Source: Polyangiaceae bacterium (GTDB taxonomy: Bacteria; Myxococcota_A; Polyangia; Polyangiales; Polyangiaceae). From it: DNA of 64,000 nt. The notes under the pieces are model-generated. The model saw nothing but the letters and a program-made list of their open reading frames with translations. It did no database searches and was not told the origin of the DNA. Both the position numbers and the translations under genes were made by a program. The stretch covers positions 3,104,001 to 3,168,000 of the forward strand of contig CBDCTZ010000016.1 of the NCBI GenBank assembly GCA_965222375.1. The letters are read 5' to 3'. Numbering within the stretch: the stretch's first letter is position 1; each line of letters opens with the position of its first letter. Below are positions 19,405 to 28,543 of the stretch, piece after piece.

Positions 19405-20102
19405 CCGCAGGGGTAGCAGGGCGCGACGCCCTTCGCAGCTACCTTGACGTTCGCTACGCGGTAGTGGAGCGCCCATACACCGAATACCCTGCCCAACTGG
19501 CTCGCTATCTGAGCGACACACATCTGATCGCCCATCAGGGTGGCCGGCTCTTGGATCTGGGCTGCGGCCGCGGCGAGTTCCTGCATGGCTTCGCGCAACT
19601 TGGGTTTTCAGCTCGGGGCGTCGACCGCTCGAAGCCCCAGTCGCCGCGCTTCAAGGAACCCGTCGTGGCTGCAGACTTCGAGCGCAGTGGTTTGCCCTTC
19701 GAGGACGCCAGCTTCGACGTGGTCTTCAACAAGAGCGTGCTCGAGCATCTGCATGACGTGAGCTATGTGCTCCAAGAGTGTCGGCGGGTCCTTGCGCCGG
19801 GCGGACTCCTCGTGAGCTTGGTGCCAGACTGGCGCTGCCAATGGCGTCATTTCTATGACGATTGGACTCATGTACGCCCCTTCACGCTGATAGGGCTACG
19901 GGAGTGCCTGACGAGTCACGGATTTGGCATTCGTCACGCAGAGCGTTTTCGTCAGCTACCGTTCTTGTGGAAGCGGCCGTATCTCGCACCAGTGGCCGGG
20001 ATTTGCTCGCTGCTGCCCGATCGAATGAAGCGTCACAAGCTCGTGCGCTTCTCCAAGGAGTGGATGCTGCTGGTCGTAGCTGAACCGACGACCGATGGTT
20101 AG
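19401..20102 (+). CDS. Class I SAM-dependent methyltransferase
   Basis: LLDLGCGRG, LPFEDASFDVV, VLEHL, RVLAPGG. Confidence 0.88.
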   Translation: MTAGVAGRDALRSYLDVRYAVVERPYTEYPAQLARYLSDTHLIAHQGGRLLDLGCGRGEFLHGFAQLGFSARGVDRSKPQSPRFKEPVVAADFERSGLPFEDASFDVVFNKSVLEHLHDVSYVLQECRRVLAPGGLLVSLVPDWRCQWRHFYDDWTHVRPFTLIGLRECLTSHGFGIRHAERFRQLPFLWKRPYLAPVAGICSLLPDRMKRHKLVRFSKEWMLLVVAEPTTDG

Positions 20103-20146
20103 CACGGCCTTTGCAACACGCAGAGTCGTCGCAAAAGGAGAACTCA

Positions 20147-21013
20147 ATGGGTCAGGTGAAAATCGGCGAGTCCACGGTTGGTGACGGCGCCCCTTGTTAC
20201 GTGGTTGGGGAAATCGGCATCAATCACAACGGCGACGTGAAGATCGCTAAGAAGCTCGTCGATGTTGCGGCGATCGCTGGATGCCAGGCCGTCAAGTTCC
20301 AAAAGCGAACCCTGGATGTGGTGTACAGCCGTGAGGAACTGGCGCGCCCCCGGGAAAACCCCTTCGGTGCGACGAATGGAGACCTCAAACGCGGGCTCGA
20401 GTTCGACGCAGATCACTACCACCACATCGACCGCTACTGCCAAGACAAGGGCGTGGCGTGGTTCGCATCCTGCTGGGACGAAGCAAGCGTTGACTTCATC
20501 GAGCAGTTTTCGCCTCCGGCCTACAAGATCGCCTCGGCGTCTCTGACCGACGACAAGCTTCTCAAGCACCATCGAACGACTGGGCGGCCCATCATCATCT
20601 CCACGGGCATGAGCACCCTGGCCCAGGTGGACCACGCCGTTGAAGTTCTGGGCACGGACAATCTGATCCTCCTACACACCACGAGTGCCTATCCCGCCAA
20701 GACCCAAGACCTGAACCTCAACATGATTCCCACACTGATGGAGCGCTACCAAGTGCCCATTGGCTACTCGGGACACGAGGTCGGTTTGGCCACGAGCTAC
20801 GCCGCGGTGGCTCTTGGAGCCTGCATGGTGGAGCGTCACATCACGCTGGACCGCGCGATGTGGGGTTCGGATCAGGCTGCGAGTGTGGAACCCCAGGGCC
20901 TGATGCGCCTGGTTCGGGACATTCGCAACATCGAGGCTTCGCTTGGTGATGGTGAAAAACGCGTCACCGATGCCGAGGTCCCGATCATGAAGAAGCTACG
21001 CCGGGTTGGCTGA
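20147..21013 (+). CDS. neuB: NeuB-family ulosonic acid synthase, short form without C-terminal SAF/antifreeze-like domain
   Basis: EIGINHNG, AVKFQKR, YKIASA, STGMS, GYSGHE, VERHITLDR; SD AGGAG upstream; 288 aa. Confidence 0.9.
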   Translation: MGQVKIGESTVGDGAPCYVVGEIGINHNGDVKIAKKLVDVAAIAGCQAVKFQKRTLDVVYSREELARPRENPFGATNGDLKRGLEFDADHYHHIDRYCQDKGVAWFASCWDEASVDFIEQFSPPAYKIASASLTDDKLLKHHRTTGRPIIISTGMSTLAQVDHAVEVLGTDNLILLHTTSAYPAKTQDLNLNMIPTLMERYQVPIGYSGHEVGLATSYAAVALGACMVERHITLDRAMWGSDQAASVEPQGLMRLVRDIRNIEASLGDGEKRVTDAEVPIMKKLRRVG

Positions 21014-21035
21014 GAAAGGGCAGCGAAGGCAGGTC

Positions 21036-21884
21036 ATGACTTTAGCGACACAAATCGGAGTGATGCAGGGCCGCTTGTCGCCGCGGCCCGAAGGCAAGCT
21101 GCAGGCGTTCCCGATGCAGACTTGGCGGCAGGAGTTCGCTCTGGCCGAGGAGCTGGATCTCGACGCTATCGAATGGATCTTCGAGGCGGATGCCGCTTCG
21201 GACAATCCAATCGTGTGGAAGAGCGGTCGCCAAGCCATTTTGGACATGCAGGTCGAGACCGGTGTGGTGGTCGACAGCGTATGTGCTGACTACTTCATGG
21301 TTCGACAGTTGGGCGGCATCGGCATGAGCGAACGCCAGGCCAATGCTCGGGTCCTGCAACTCCTGGTGGGCTGGGCTGCCGAGATCGGGGCGCGGCGCAT
21401 CCTGCTCCCCCTGTTGGAACAAGCGGCGCCTGGGGACGGTGACAAGCGCCAACAGATCATCGAGAGCATCAGCTCCGCACTGCCGGCGCTGCAGCAGCAC
21501 CAAATCGTGCTCGGTCTGGAAATGGAGCTGCCTGGCGACGCCTACGCTGACTTCGTCCGTGGGTTCAACAGCCCCTACGTGCGGGCCTACTACGACACCG
21601 GGAATTCCGCCGCTCAGGGCTTCAACATCGCTGAAGACATTAGGCCCCTGCTGCCCGTTCTCGATGCCGTGCACATCAAGGATCGCTTGCTGCACGGTCA
21701 AAGCATGCCTCTGGGTAGAGGCGACGCGAACCTGCCAGGCCTGTTCAAGACGTTGGCGGGAGCAGACCTCAGTGTGCCATTCACGCTGCAACACTACTTC
21801 GAGCAAGACCCGCGATACGACGCCCTGCGCGCTCTGAACTACGTGCGCATGGAGCTGGGGCGAGCAGGGCGGGAGGCTGCGTGA
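21036..21884 (+). CDS. Sugar phosphate isomerase/epimerase (xylose isomerase-like TIM barrel)
   Basis: IGVMQGRLS, IEWIF, SVCADYFM, LEME, YYDTGN, VHIKDR, LGRGD. Confidence 0.8.
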   Translation: MTLATQIGVMQGRLSPRPEGKLQAFPMQTWRQEFALAEELDLDAIEWIFEADAASDNPIVWKSGRQAILDMQVETGVVVDSVCADYFMVRQLGGIGMSERQANARVLQLLVGWAAEIGARRILLPLLEQAAPGDGDKRQQIIESISSALPALQQHQIVLGLEMELPGDAYADFVRGFNSPYVRAYYDTGNSAAQGFNIAEDIRPLLPVLDAVHIKDRLLHGQSMPLGRGDANLPGLFKTLAGADLSVPFTLQHYFEQDPRYDALRALNYVRMELGRAGREAA

Positions 21885-22993
21885 GACGACGCGCCATTCG
21901 TCGCGCCCTGTTCGTGGGGCTCGGAGGTGTTGGTCAGCGGCACTTGCGTAACTTCGTGGAAGTGGTCGGGCCGGATGTGGAGCTCTTGGCCTACCGAGTT
22001 CGCCGGGAACGCAAGGTGCTCAGCAACAGCTTGGCTGCCCTCCCCGACGCCGACATTGAAGCCGAATTTCCCCTGCAGGTGTTCTCGGATTTGAACGAGG
22101 CTCTGGCCCAATCGCCGGATTTGACCATCGTGGCGAACCCAACCAGCTTACACGTGCCCGTAGCGCTGTCCGCGCTCGAAGCGGGATCAGACTTGTTCGT
22201 GGAGAAGCCCTTGTCCCACGACATGGACGGCGTGGAGATTCTGCAGCGCACTGCTCAAAAGCGGGGCCTGATTGGCTTCGTGGCCTACCAGCTTCGACAG
22301 CATCCGGATTTTCGGCGAGTTCAGACCTGGCTCGCGCAAGGGCGAATCGGTCGTGTCTACTCCGCCCACTTCGAGGTTGGCGAGTACCTGCCGGGTTTTC
22401 ACCCCTACGAAGACTACCGGCGCATGTACGCCTCTCGCAGCGATCTAGGCGGAGGCGTGACCCTGACTCAAATCCACGAGCTGGATCTGAGCTATGCATT
22501 GTTCGGCGTACCGACCCGTGTTTACTCCGTGGGGGGTCGTGTGAGTGATCTCGAGATCGACGTCGAGGACCTTGCCGTCTCGATCTTGGAATACGAACAC
22601 CCCGATGGGCGCGTGCTGCCCGTCAGCATCCACCAAGACTATTTGTCGCGACCCAAGAAGCGCGCCGCTAGCTTCATCGGTGAGGGTGGACGCATCGAGT
22701 GGAGCCTGAGTGAATCGCGCCTGACTCTCCAGGACGCACGTGGCCAGACTCTCGAAGACCACGATACGAGCGACTTCGAGCGCAATCGGATGTTCCTCGA
22801 CGAGATGCGCCATTTCGTCGACTGCGTTCGGGGGCGGCACCAGCCGGAGATCACGTTGCGAGACGGCGCCGCGAGCTTGCGAATCGCCCACGCATTGAAG
22901 CGTAGCCAGCGCTCCCGCCGACCCATGGACGTCGAAGTGCCGCCGCCCTCGGCCCGAGCGCGCCAAGCGTTGACCTTGGAGGCGGCGCCATGA
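21881..22993 (+). CDS. Gfo/Idh/MocA family oxidoreductase
   Basis: VGLGGVGQRH, ANPTSLH, FVEKP, GGGV....IHELD. Confidence 0.88.
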   Translation: MRRRAIRRALFVGLGGVGQRHLRNFVEVVGPDVELLAYRVRRERKVLSNSLAALPDADIEAEFPLQVFSDLNEALAQSPDLTIVANPTSLHVPVALSALEAGSDLFVEKPLSHDMDGVEILQRTAQKRGLIGFVAYQLRQHPDFRRVQTWLAQGRIGRVYSAHFEVGEYLPGFHPYEDYRRMYASRSDLGGGVTLTQIHELDLSYALFGVPTRVYSVGGRVSDLEIDVEDLAVSILEYEHPDGRVLPVSIHQDYLSRPKKRAASFIGEGGRIEWSLSESRLTLQDARGQTLEDHDTSDFERNRMFLDEMRHFVDCVRGRHQPEITLRDGAASLRIAHALKRSQRSRRPMDVEVPPPSARARQALTLEAAP

Positions 22994-23739
22994 TCAAGGT
23001 TCTTGCGCTGATACCGGCGCGGGGTGGCAGCAAGAGCGTTCCTCGCAAGAACGTCCTGCCCATCGATGGGCGTCCTTTGATCACCTATTCCATCGAGCAT
23101 GCCCTTTCGTCCTGCCAAGTCACCCGCACAATCGTATCGACCGACGACGACGAGATAGCCTGCATTGCTCGCGGTGCCGGCGCGGAGGTTCCCTTCGTGC
23201 GCCCTGCCGAATTCGCCACGGATACGGCCACGGACTGGGACGTGTTCAAGCATGCCCTCGAGTTCCTCTCCGATTCCGAATCCTACGAGCCGGATTTGGT
23301 CGTCCACCTTCGCCCTACGGGCCCGGTGCGGGACGTGCGACGCATCGATGCCGCCATCGAAATGATGCTGGACACTCCCAAAGCAGATTCCCTGCGTTCC
23401 GTGAGCCTTGCCGAGCAGACCCCCTTCAAGATGTGGCGTATCGTCGATGGGAGGTTGACGCCGCTGCTGCGGGTGGAAGGCGTGCGGGAGGCGCACTCCA
23501 TGCCGCGGCAGAAGCTGCCCGAGGCCTACTGGCAGAACGGTTACGTCGACATCGTGCGGCCACGGACCGTATTGGAGCTGGGGTCCATGGTCGGCGAAAC
23601 GGTTCTGCCCTTCGTCGTCAATGGCCCCATCGTCGAGTTGGACTACCCGGACCAAATCCCCGCCTTGGAAGAGGCCGTCATCGCCGCCAGGAGCGGCACT
23701 CACAAGGAGGAACCCCAGTGGACGCGGCATCCGGCTTGA
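22990..23739 (+). CDS. neuA: Acylneuraminate cytidylyltransferase (CMP-ulosonate synthetase)
   Basis: LIPARGGSKSVPRKN, VSTDD, RPAEFATD, LRPT.P, RQKLP..YWQNG. Confidence 0.9.
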   Translation: MIKVLALIPARGGSKSVPRKNVLPIDGRPLITYSIEHALSSCQVTRTIVSTDDDEIACIARGAGAEVPFVRPAEFATDTATDWDVFKHALEFLSDSESYEPDLVVHLRPTGPVRDVRRIDAAIEMMLDTPKADSLRSVSLAEQTPFKMWRIVDGRLTPLLRVEGVREAHSMPRQKLPEAYWQNGYVDIVRPRTVLELGSMVGETVLPFVVNGPIVELDYPDQIPALEEAVIAARSGTHKEEPQWTRHPA

Positions 23740-24587
23740 TGACCAGCATTGATTCGCTGCACGCGAGTGTGATGCGGCGCTTTGACCTGACGGGACGCGT
23801 CGTCGTGATCACCGGCGGTGCCGGCCTGTTGGGCCGTCAGCATGCCGAAGCCATTGCCGAAGCTGGCGGCTTGCCGGTGATCGCCGACATCCGGGGCGAA
23901 GACGCCAGCGCGGCTGCCGAAGCCATTGCCTGGAGGACGGGTACAAGCACGGGCGCGTTGGAGATGGATGTCGCCGACCACGGATCCGTCGTTGCAGCGT
24001 TGGGCGAGCTGATTCGGCGACATGGGCGCGTGCACGCCCTCGTGAACAACGCAGCGCTCAACCCGAAGGTCGAAGGTAGAGGACTCGGTCCGTCCCGCTT
24101 CGAGACGTTCTCCGTCGATGCTTGGCATCGCGAGCTGTCCGTGGGGCTCACCGGCGCCTTCGTTTGCGCCCAGGTCTTCGGTAGTCACATGGCTCAGGCA
24201 GGGGAGGGCGTGATCGTCAACGTGGCTTCAGATCTGGGATTAGTCGCGCCGGATCAACGCATCTACCAGCAGCCCGGCTTGCCCGACGGCCAACAGCCCA
24301 CCAAACCCATCACGTATTCGGTGATCAAGGGCGGCCTCCTGATGATGACGAAGTACCTGGCTACCTACTGGGCTGACGCGGGCGTGCGAGTGAACGCGAT
24401 TTGCCCTGGTGGCGTTTACGCCGGGCAACCCGACGACTTCGTGGGGCGACTGACCGAACGCATTCCCATGGGGCGCATGGCAGAAGCGGACGAATACAAA
24501 GCCGCGCTGGTTTTCCTGTGCTCAGACGCCTCGAGCTACATGACCGGCTCGAATCTAGTCATGGACGGAGGCCGAACGTGTTGGTGA
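23739..24587 (+). CDS. SDR oxidoreductase (PtmA-like)
   Basis: TGGAGLLG, LVNNAA, YSVIK, RVNAICPGG, YMTGSNLVMDGG. Confidence 0.88.
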   Translation: MTSIDSLHASVMRRFDLTGRVVVITGGAGLLGRQHAEAIAEAGGLPVIADIRGEDASAAAEAIAWRTGTSTGALEMDVADHGSVVAALGELIRRHGRVHALVNNAALNPKVEGRGLGPSRFETFSVDAWHRELSVGLTGAFVCAQVFGSHMAQAGEGVIVNVASDLGLVAPDQRIYQQPGLPDGQQPTKPITYSVIKGGLLMMTKYLATYWADAGVRVNAICPGGVYAGQPDDFVGRLTERIPMGRMAEADEYKAALVFLCSDASSYMTGSNLVMDGGRTCW

Positions 24588-25669
24588 GCGACATCGAAGT
24601 ACTGGCCCTCGACATCGACGGCGTCCTGACCGATGGCCGAGTGGGCCTCAGCCCCGGCGGACCGGAGCGCAAGGAGCTTGCGTTTCGGGATCTGGATGCG
24701 ATCACGGCCGCGCGGCGCGCCGGTTTGCGCATCGCTCTCGTCACCGGCGAGGACGGCCCCATGGTGCGAGTGATAGCCGATCGCATTCAGCCCGATCACG
24801 TCATTGCCGGCGCCAAAGACAAGCACGCCGCTCTGCAGTCTTTGGCTCAGATCATGAGCTCGGAACCTGGCAACATCTGCTTCGTCGGCGACGCCGACCG
24901 CGACGCACTAGCATTCGGTGGTGTCGGGCTGGGGCTCGCGCCCGCAGATGCGTCCCCCCGAGCCCGGGCACGAGCCCACCGCGTGCTCGCCAACCGCGGA
25001 GGTGCCGGCGCCGTGGCGGAAGCCGTGGACATCGTGCTCGAGCTGATCGACGACGTCCGCCGCGGAGCGGAGCGAGAGACGGCGCTTAGCCGAGTCATCG
25101 ACGAGAGCCTGGCCGCCCATCGACGCATGCGCGATGAGTCCGTCGCTGCTCTGAGCCAGGTGGCGCAGATGCTCGTGCGCTCCTTGCGCTCTGGCAACAA
25201 ATTGTTGCTGTGCGGCAATGGAGGAAGCGCGGCAGACGCCCAACACGTCGCTGGCGAGATCGTCGGGCGCTTCGCCCTGGACCGTGACCCCTGGCCCGCC
25301 ATGGCGCTGTCGACGGATACGTCCATCTTGACAGCGATTGGAAACGACTGGACCTACGACGACATTTTTGCTCGTCAGGTGCACGCCTTCGCCAAGAGCG
25401 GCGACGTGGTGTGCGGCATCAGCACGAGCGGCGGCAGCACGAACGTCGTTCGCGCTCTCGAGGCGGCTCGCGCTCGGGGTGCAACGACCCTGGCCTTCAC
25501 GGGCGAAAACGGCGGCGCGGTGGCGGACGCCGCCGACCTCGTCTTCCGCGCGCCCGCAACTCAAACGCCACGCATTCAAGAGCTTCACATCCTGGCATGG
25601 CACGGGATCTGTGAAGTCGTGGAACGCACCCTGGTCGAAGGTTCAGCTCACGAGTTGGCTGCGGAATGA
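24584..25669 (+). CDS. Fusion of KdsC-like HAD phosphatase and GmhA-like phosphoheptose isomerase (SIS)
   Basis: N-terminal DIDGVLTDG..K..GDADRD..GGAGAV; C-terminal CGNGGSAADAQH..E, TAIGND, STSGGS.NV, RIQELH. Confidence 0.85.
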   Translation: MSDIEVLALDIDGVLTDGRVGLSPGGPERKELAFRDLDAITAARRAGLRIALVTGEDGPMVRVIADRIQPDHVIAGAKDKHAALQSLAQIMSSEPGNICFVGDADRDALAFGGVGLGLAPADASPRARARAHRVLANRGGAGAVAEAVDIVLELIDDVRRGAERETALSRVIDESLAAHRRMRDESVAALSQVAQMLVRSLRSGNKLLLCGNGGSAADAQHVAGEIVGRFALDRDPWPAMALSTDTSILTAIGNDWTYDDIFARQVHAFAKSGDVVCGISTSGGSTNVVRALEAARARGATTLAFTGENGGAVADAADLVFRAPATQTPRIQELHILAWHGICEVVERTLVEGSAHELAAE

Positions 25670-25677
25670 GGTGATTC

Positions 25678-26442
25678 GTGGATCCCGGAACTCTGATTGG
25701 AATCATCGTTGGCTTCGGGCTGATCATCGGCTCGATCATGCTGAACGGTTCCCTGATCTCGTTCATGGACGCACCCAGTGCGCTGATCGTGATCGGCGGT
25801 ACCTGTGCAGCGACGCTGATCATGGAGAAAGTTCCGCACGTGATCGGTGCCTTCAAGGTCGCCAAGAATGCGTTTCTCTCCAAGCAGAGCGATGCGACGA
25901 AGACGATTCAGACCATCTTGGAGCTGTCCAACACCGCGCGCCGAGAGGGGATCTTGGCCTTGGAAAGCGTCGAGGTGGAAGACCCGTTCTTGGCGAAGGG
26001 CCTTCGCATGGCTGTGGATGGAATTCCCCGGGAAGAAATTCGCGAGACTCTCACCGTGGAGCTGGTCAGCATGAAGCAACGCCATAGCCGTGGGCAGAAG
26101 TTGTTCAAGTTCGCAGCGACGACGGCGCCGTCCATGGGCATGATCGGGACGCTGGTCGGGTTGGTGCAGATGCTCCAGACCCTGGACGATCCGGCGTCCA
26201 TCGGTCCCTCCATGGCCGTCGCGCTGCTGACCACGATGTACGGCGCCATCCTCGCGTTCCTGGTTGCCGGGCCCATTGCTGAAAAGCTGTCTCGGCGCTC
26301 CGCCGAAGAGTCCGCGAACATGACGGTGATTATCGAGGGCATCGACTCGATCGTGAAGGGCCACAACGCCGCCGTGATCAAAGACAAGCTAGAGGCGCGA
26401 CTGTCACCCAAGGATCGCTCGCCAGAAGCCGAGGCCGCCTAG
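25678..26442 (+). CDS. motA: Flagellar stator protein MotA/PomA
   Basis: D.PSALIVIGGT, ARREGILALE, AP.MGMIGTLVGLVQML, ALLTT.YG. Confidence 0.93.
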   Translation: MDPGTLIGIIVGFGLIIGSIMLNGSLISFMDAPSALIVIGGTCAATLIMEKVPHVIGAFKVAKNAFLSKQSDATKTIQTILELSNTARREGILALESVEVEDPFLAKGLRMAVDGIPREEIRETLTVELVSMKQRHSRGQKLFKFAATTAPSMGMIGTLVGLVQMLQTLDDPASIGPSMAVALLTTMYGAILAFLVAGPIAEKLSRRSAEESANMTVIIEGIDSIVKGHNAAVIKDKLEARLSPKDRSPEAEAA

Positions 26443-26455
26443 CGCGCGGGGCGTC

Positions 26456-27256
26456 ATGGAGATCCCCGAGGACGAAGAGGAAGTTGCCGAGGGCGCGCCG
26501 CCGTGGATGGCCACCTTCAGCGACATGGCCACGTTGCTGCTGACCTTTTTCGTGTTGCTGCTTTCCTTCGCCAACATGGACGTGGAAAACTTCCGCGTCG
26601 CCCTTGGCTCCGTGAAGGAGGCCTTCGGTGTGCAAGTCCAAACCCGCGGCAACATCGAGGGCATGACGACGAGCCCCGTAGAGCTTTCCACGGTGCAGAG
26701 CCTACCCTGGATTGAAAAGCCCCCAGATGTAGACAAAGACACCGCTGCGGTGGCGGAGTACATCAAAAAGAAAGGGCTGGATAGGAAGATCCATGTCGTG
26801 GGTACGCCGCGGGGCATCGTGCTTCGCATCAAGGACGTCGTGCTCTTCGATGTCGGCTCCGACGAGCTGAACGAGAGCGCTGCTCCCGTGCTCGAAACTG
26901 TCGGCGAGGTTTTCGGCGCCTTCGATGGCGACATGACCGTGGAGGGTCATACGGACGACGTGCCCATCGCCAGCGGACGCTTTCCCTCGAACTGGGAGCT
27001 GTCCGCAGCCCGGGCCATCTCCGTGATGCGGGAGCTCACTGGCAAGAATTCGGTAGCCGCCGCTCGGGTTCGGGTTGCCGGCTACGCGGACTCCAAGCCC
27101 ATCGCGTCCAACAAGGACGCCCAGGGGCGGTCGAAGAATCGTCGCGTGGAGTTCCTGTTCGAAAGAGGGCTCAGCGAGGCCGACTCCAAGGAGAAGAAGA
27201 AGAGGGGAAGCAGCCCCAGCGCGTTCCGCCTGCCCTTCTACACGACGCCGCACTGA
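26456..27256 (+). CDS. motB: Flagellar stator protein MotB/PomB
   Basis: PWMATFSDMATLLLTFFVLL, OmpA domain EGHTDD..SNWELSAARA..NRRVE. Confidence 0.93.
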   Translation: MEIPEDEEEVAEGAPPWMATFSDMATLLLTFFVLLLSFANMDVENFRVALGSVKEAFGVQVQTRGNIEGMTTSPVELSTVQSLPWIEKPPDVDKDTAAVAEYIKKKGLDRKIHVVGTPRGIVLRIKDVVLFDVGSDELNESAAPVLETVGEVFGAFDGDMTVEGHTDDVPIASGRFPSNWELSAARAISVMRELTGKNSVAAARVRVAGYADSKPIASNKDAQGRSKNRRVEFLFERGLSEADSKEKKKRGSSPSAFRLPFYTTPH

Positions 27257-27343
27257 CTCCGGTCGATTTCGCGCGCGAAGCCACAATGACCCGGGCCGGT
27301 TTCGGGTGCAGCGGCGGGTTGAACTCGGCCGATTTCGGGCGCA
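27254..27343. repeat. Three degenerate ~23-bp direct repeats with 33-bp period
   Basis: tgactccggtcgatttcgcgcgc / tgacccgggccggtttcgggtgc / tgaactcggccgatttcgggcgc starting at 27254, 27287, 27320. Confidence 0.6.
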
Positions 27344-27467
27344 ACTCAGCACCTAGGCGCCGCGACCCGCGGCCAATGAGGCCGCGCCATCTGACGCCCT
27401 CGACGCCCGCGCAAGCTGGCCCGTCACCTCCACCCGAACGCGGTGCATACGCGGTGTACTCCGTTCG

Positions 27468-28382
27468 CTACAGGCCGCGCACGCCGTCGATGGTCGTCTT
27501 GCGCGCCTTGTCAGGTGGATCCGCGCTGCCCGCGCCGCCCTTGCTGCCACCCCCGCCCACGCAGGCGCCATCCTTCGCCAAGCAACGCTTCACCTTCGCG
27601 CACACGGACGACCCAGCGCAGTCTGCCGACGACGCGGCGATGCACTTGCCGTTCTTCAACGAGCAGTTGCCCTCCAACTTGCAGCGCGCGCTCTTCTTGC
27701 AATCTGCAGTCGCGACAGCCGCGCACAAGCCATCCTTCACACCGCACTTGCCGTCGTTTTCGCAGGCGGCGGACTTTTTGCAGCCCTCCTCGGTGGCGAC
27801 GCAACGGCCGCCCTCGGCGCTGCATTGTGCGCTGCCTTTGCACACGACGGATTTGGCGCAGTCCTTGTCCTCGCCGGCAACGCACTTGCCGTCTTTGGCC
27901 TTGCAGTGGCCCAGCTTGTGGCAGGGAGTGTCCTTTTCCGGCTTGTCATCGCTGGTGCCCGCACAGTGCTGTCGCGACAGCGCCACGCAGCTGCCGCCTT
28001 GAGTGACACACAGTCCCTCGCTGCTACAGGTCTTTGCGCACTCCGTATGTATCGACCGCGCCAGGTTCACACAACCGCCCTGGTAAGCGCTGCACATCGC
28101 CAGCTTGCTGCAGTTCTCCGAGCCCTTGCAGTCCGAGTCCTGCGCCGCGGTGCACGCGCCTTCCTTTTCGCTGCACTTGCCGTGCTTCTTGCACGCCTCG
28201 GAACCCTTACAGTCCTCGCTCGACTTGACCACGCACAGGCCGTTTTCGTCCGGTGAGCACTTGCCGTCCTTCTTGCACTCAGGAACGGTCTTGCACTTGT
28301 CCGCGTCGTCACAGCCCAAAAGCGCCAGCCCAAGAAGCGCAACGGCGGTGCCCATGGTTTCGATCCGAATGCGTCGCAACAT
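27468..28382 (-). CDS. Cys-rich repeat lipoprotein (DC..S..C...G.C....G.C repeats)
   Basis: Lipobox LLGC followed by about 10 Cys-rich ~24-aa repeats. Confidence 0.75.
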   Translation of the reverse strand: MLRRIRIETMGTAVALLGLALLGCDDADKCKTVPECKKDGKCSPDENGLCVVKSSEDCKGSEACKKHGKCSEKEGACTAAQDSDCKGSENCSKLAMCSAYQGGCVNLARSIHTECAKTCSSEGLCVTQGGSCVALSRQHCAGTSDDKPEKDTPCHKLGHCKAKDGKCVAGEDKDCAKSVVCKGSAQCSAEGGRCVATEEGCKKSAACENDGKCGVKDGLCAAVATADCKKSARCKLEGNCSLKNGKCIAASSADCAGSSVCAKVKRCLAKDGACVGGGGSKGGAGSADPPDKARKTTIDGVRGL

Positions 28383-28404
28383 CTCTGTCTAGCTACCGTT
28401 GTGG

Positions 28405-28447
28405 GGTTGGGGTCGCAACCCTGTCGCAGCCTGGGTCACTACTCTCG
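28405..28447 (+). repeat. Dispersed bipartite repeat copy
   Basis: GGTTGGGGTCG-N17-GGGTCACTACTCTCG. Confidence 0.7.
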
Positions 28448-28543
28448 AAATGGCGCAGCCTTTGCGAGTGGCTCAACCTGGGCCGCCCCTACCAAGCGAA
28501 TTGGCGTTTTCTGGCGGGTGTCCAGCTGACACGTTCGGCAAGG

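Noticed and set aside
20100..20115. Internal sigma54 promoter before neuB (TAGCACGGCCTTTGCA)
   Set aside because: The invariant GG at -24 is AG; at best weak or vestigial
27254..27343. CRISPR array
   Set aside because: Only three degenerate units with 10-bp spacers and no cas genes
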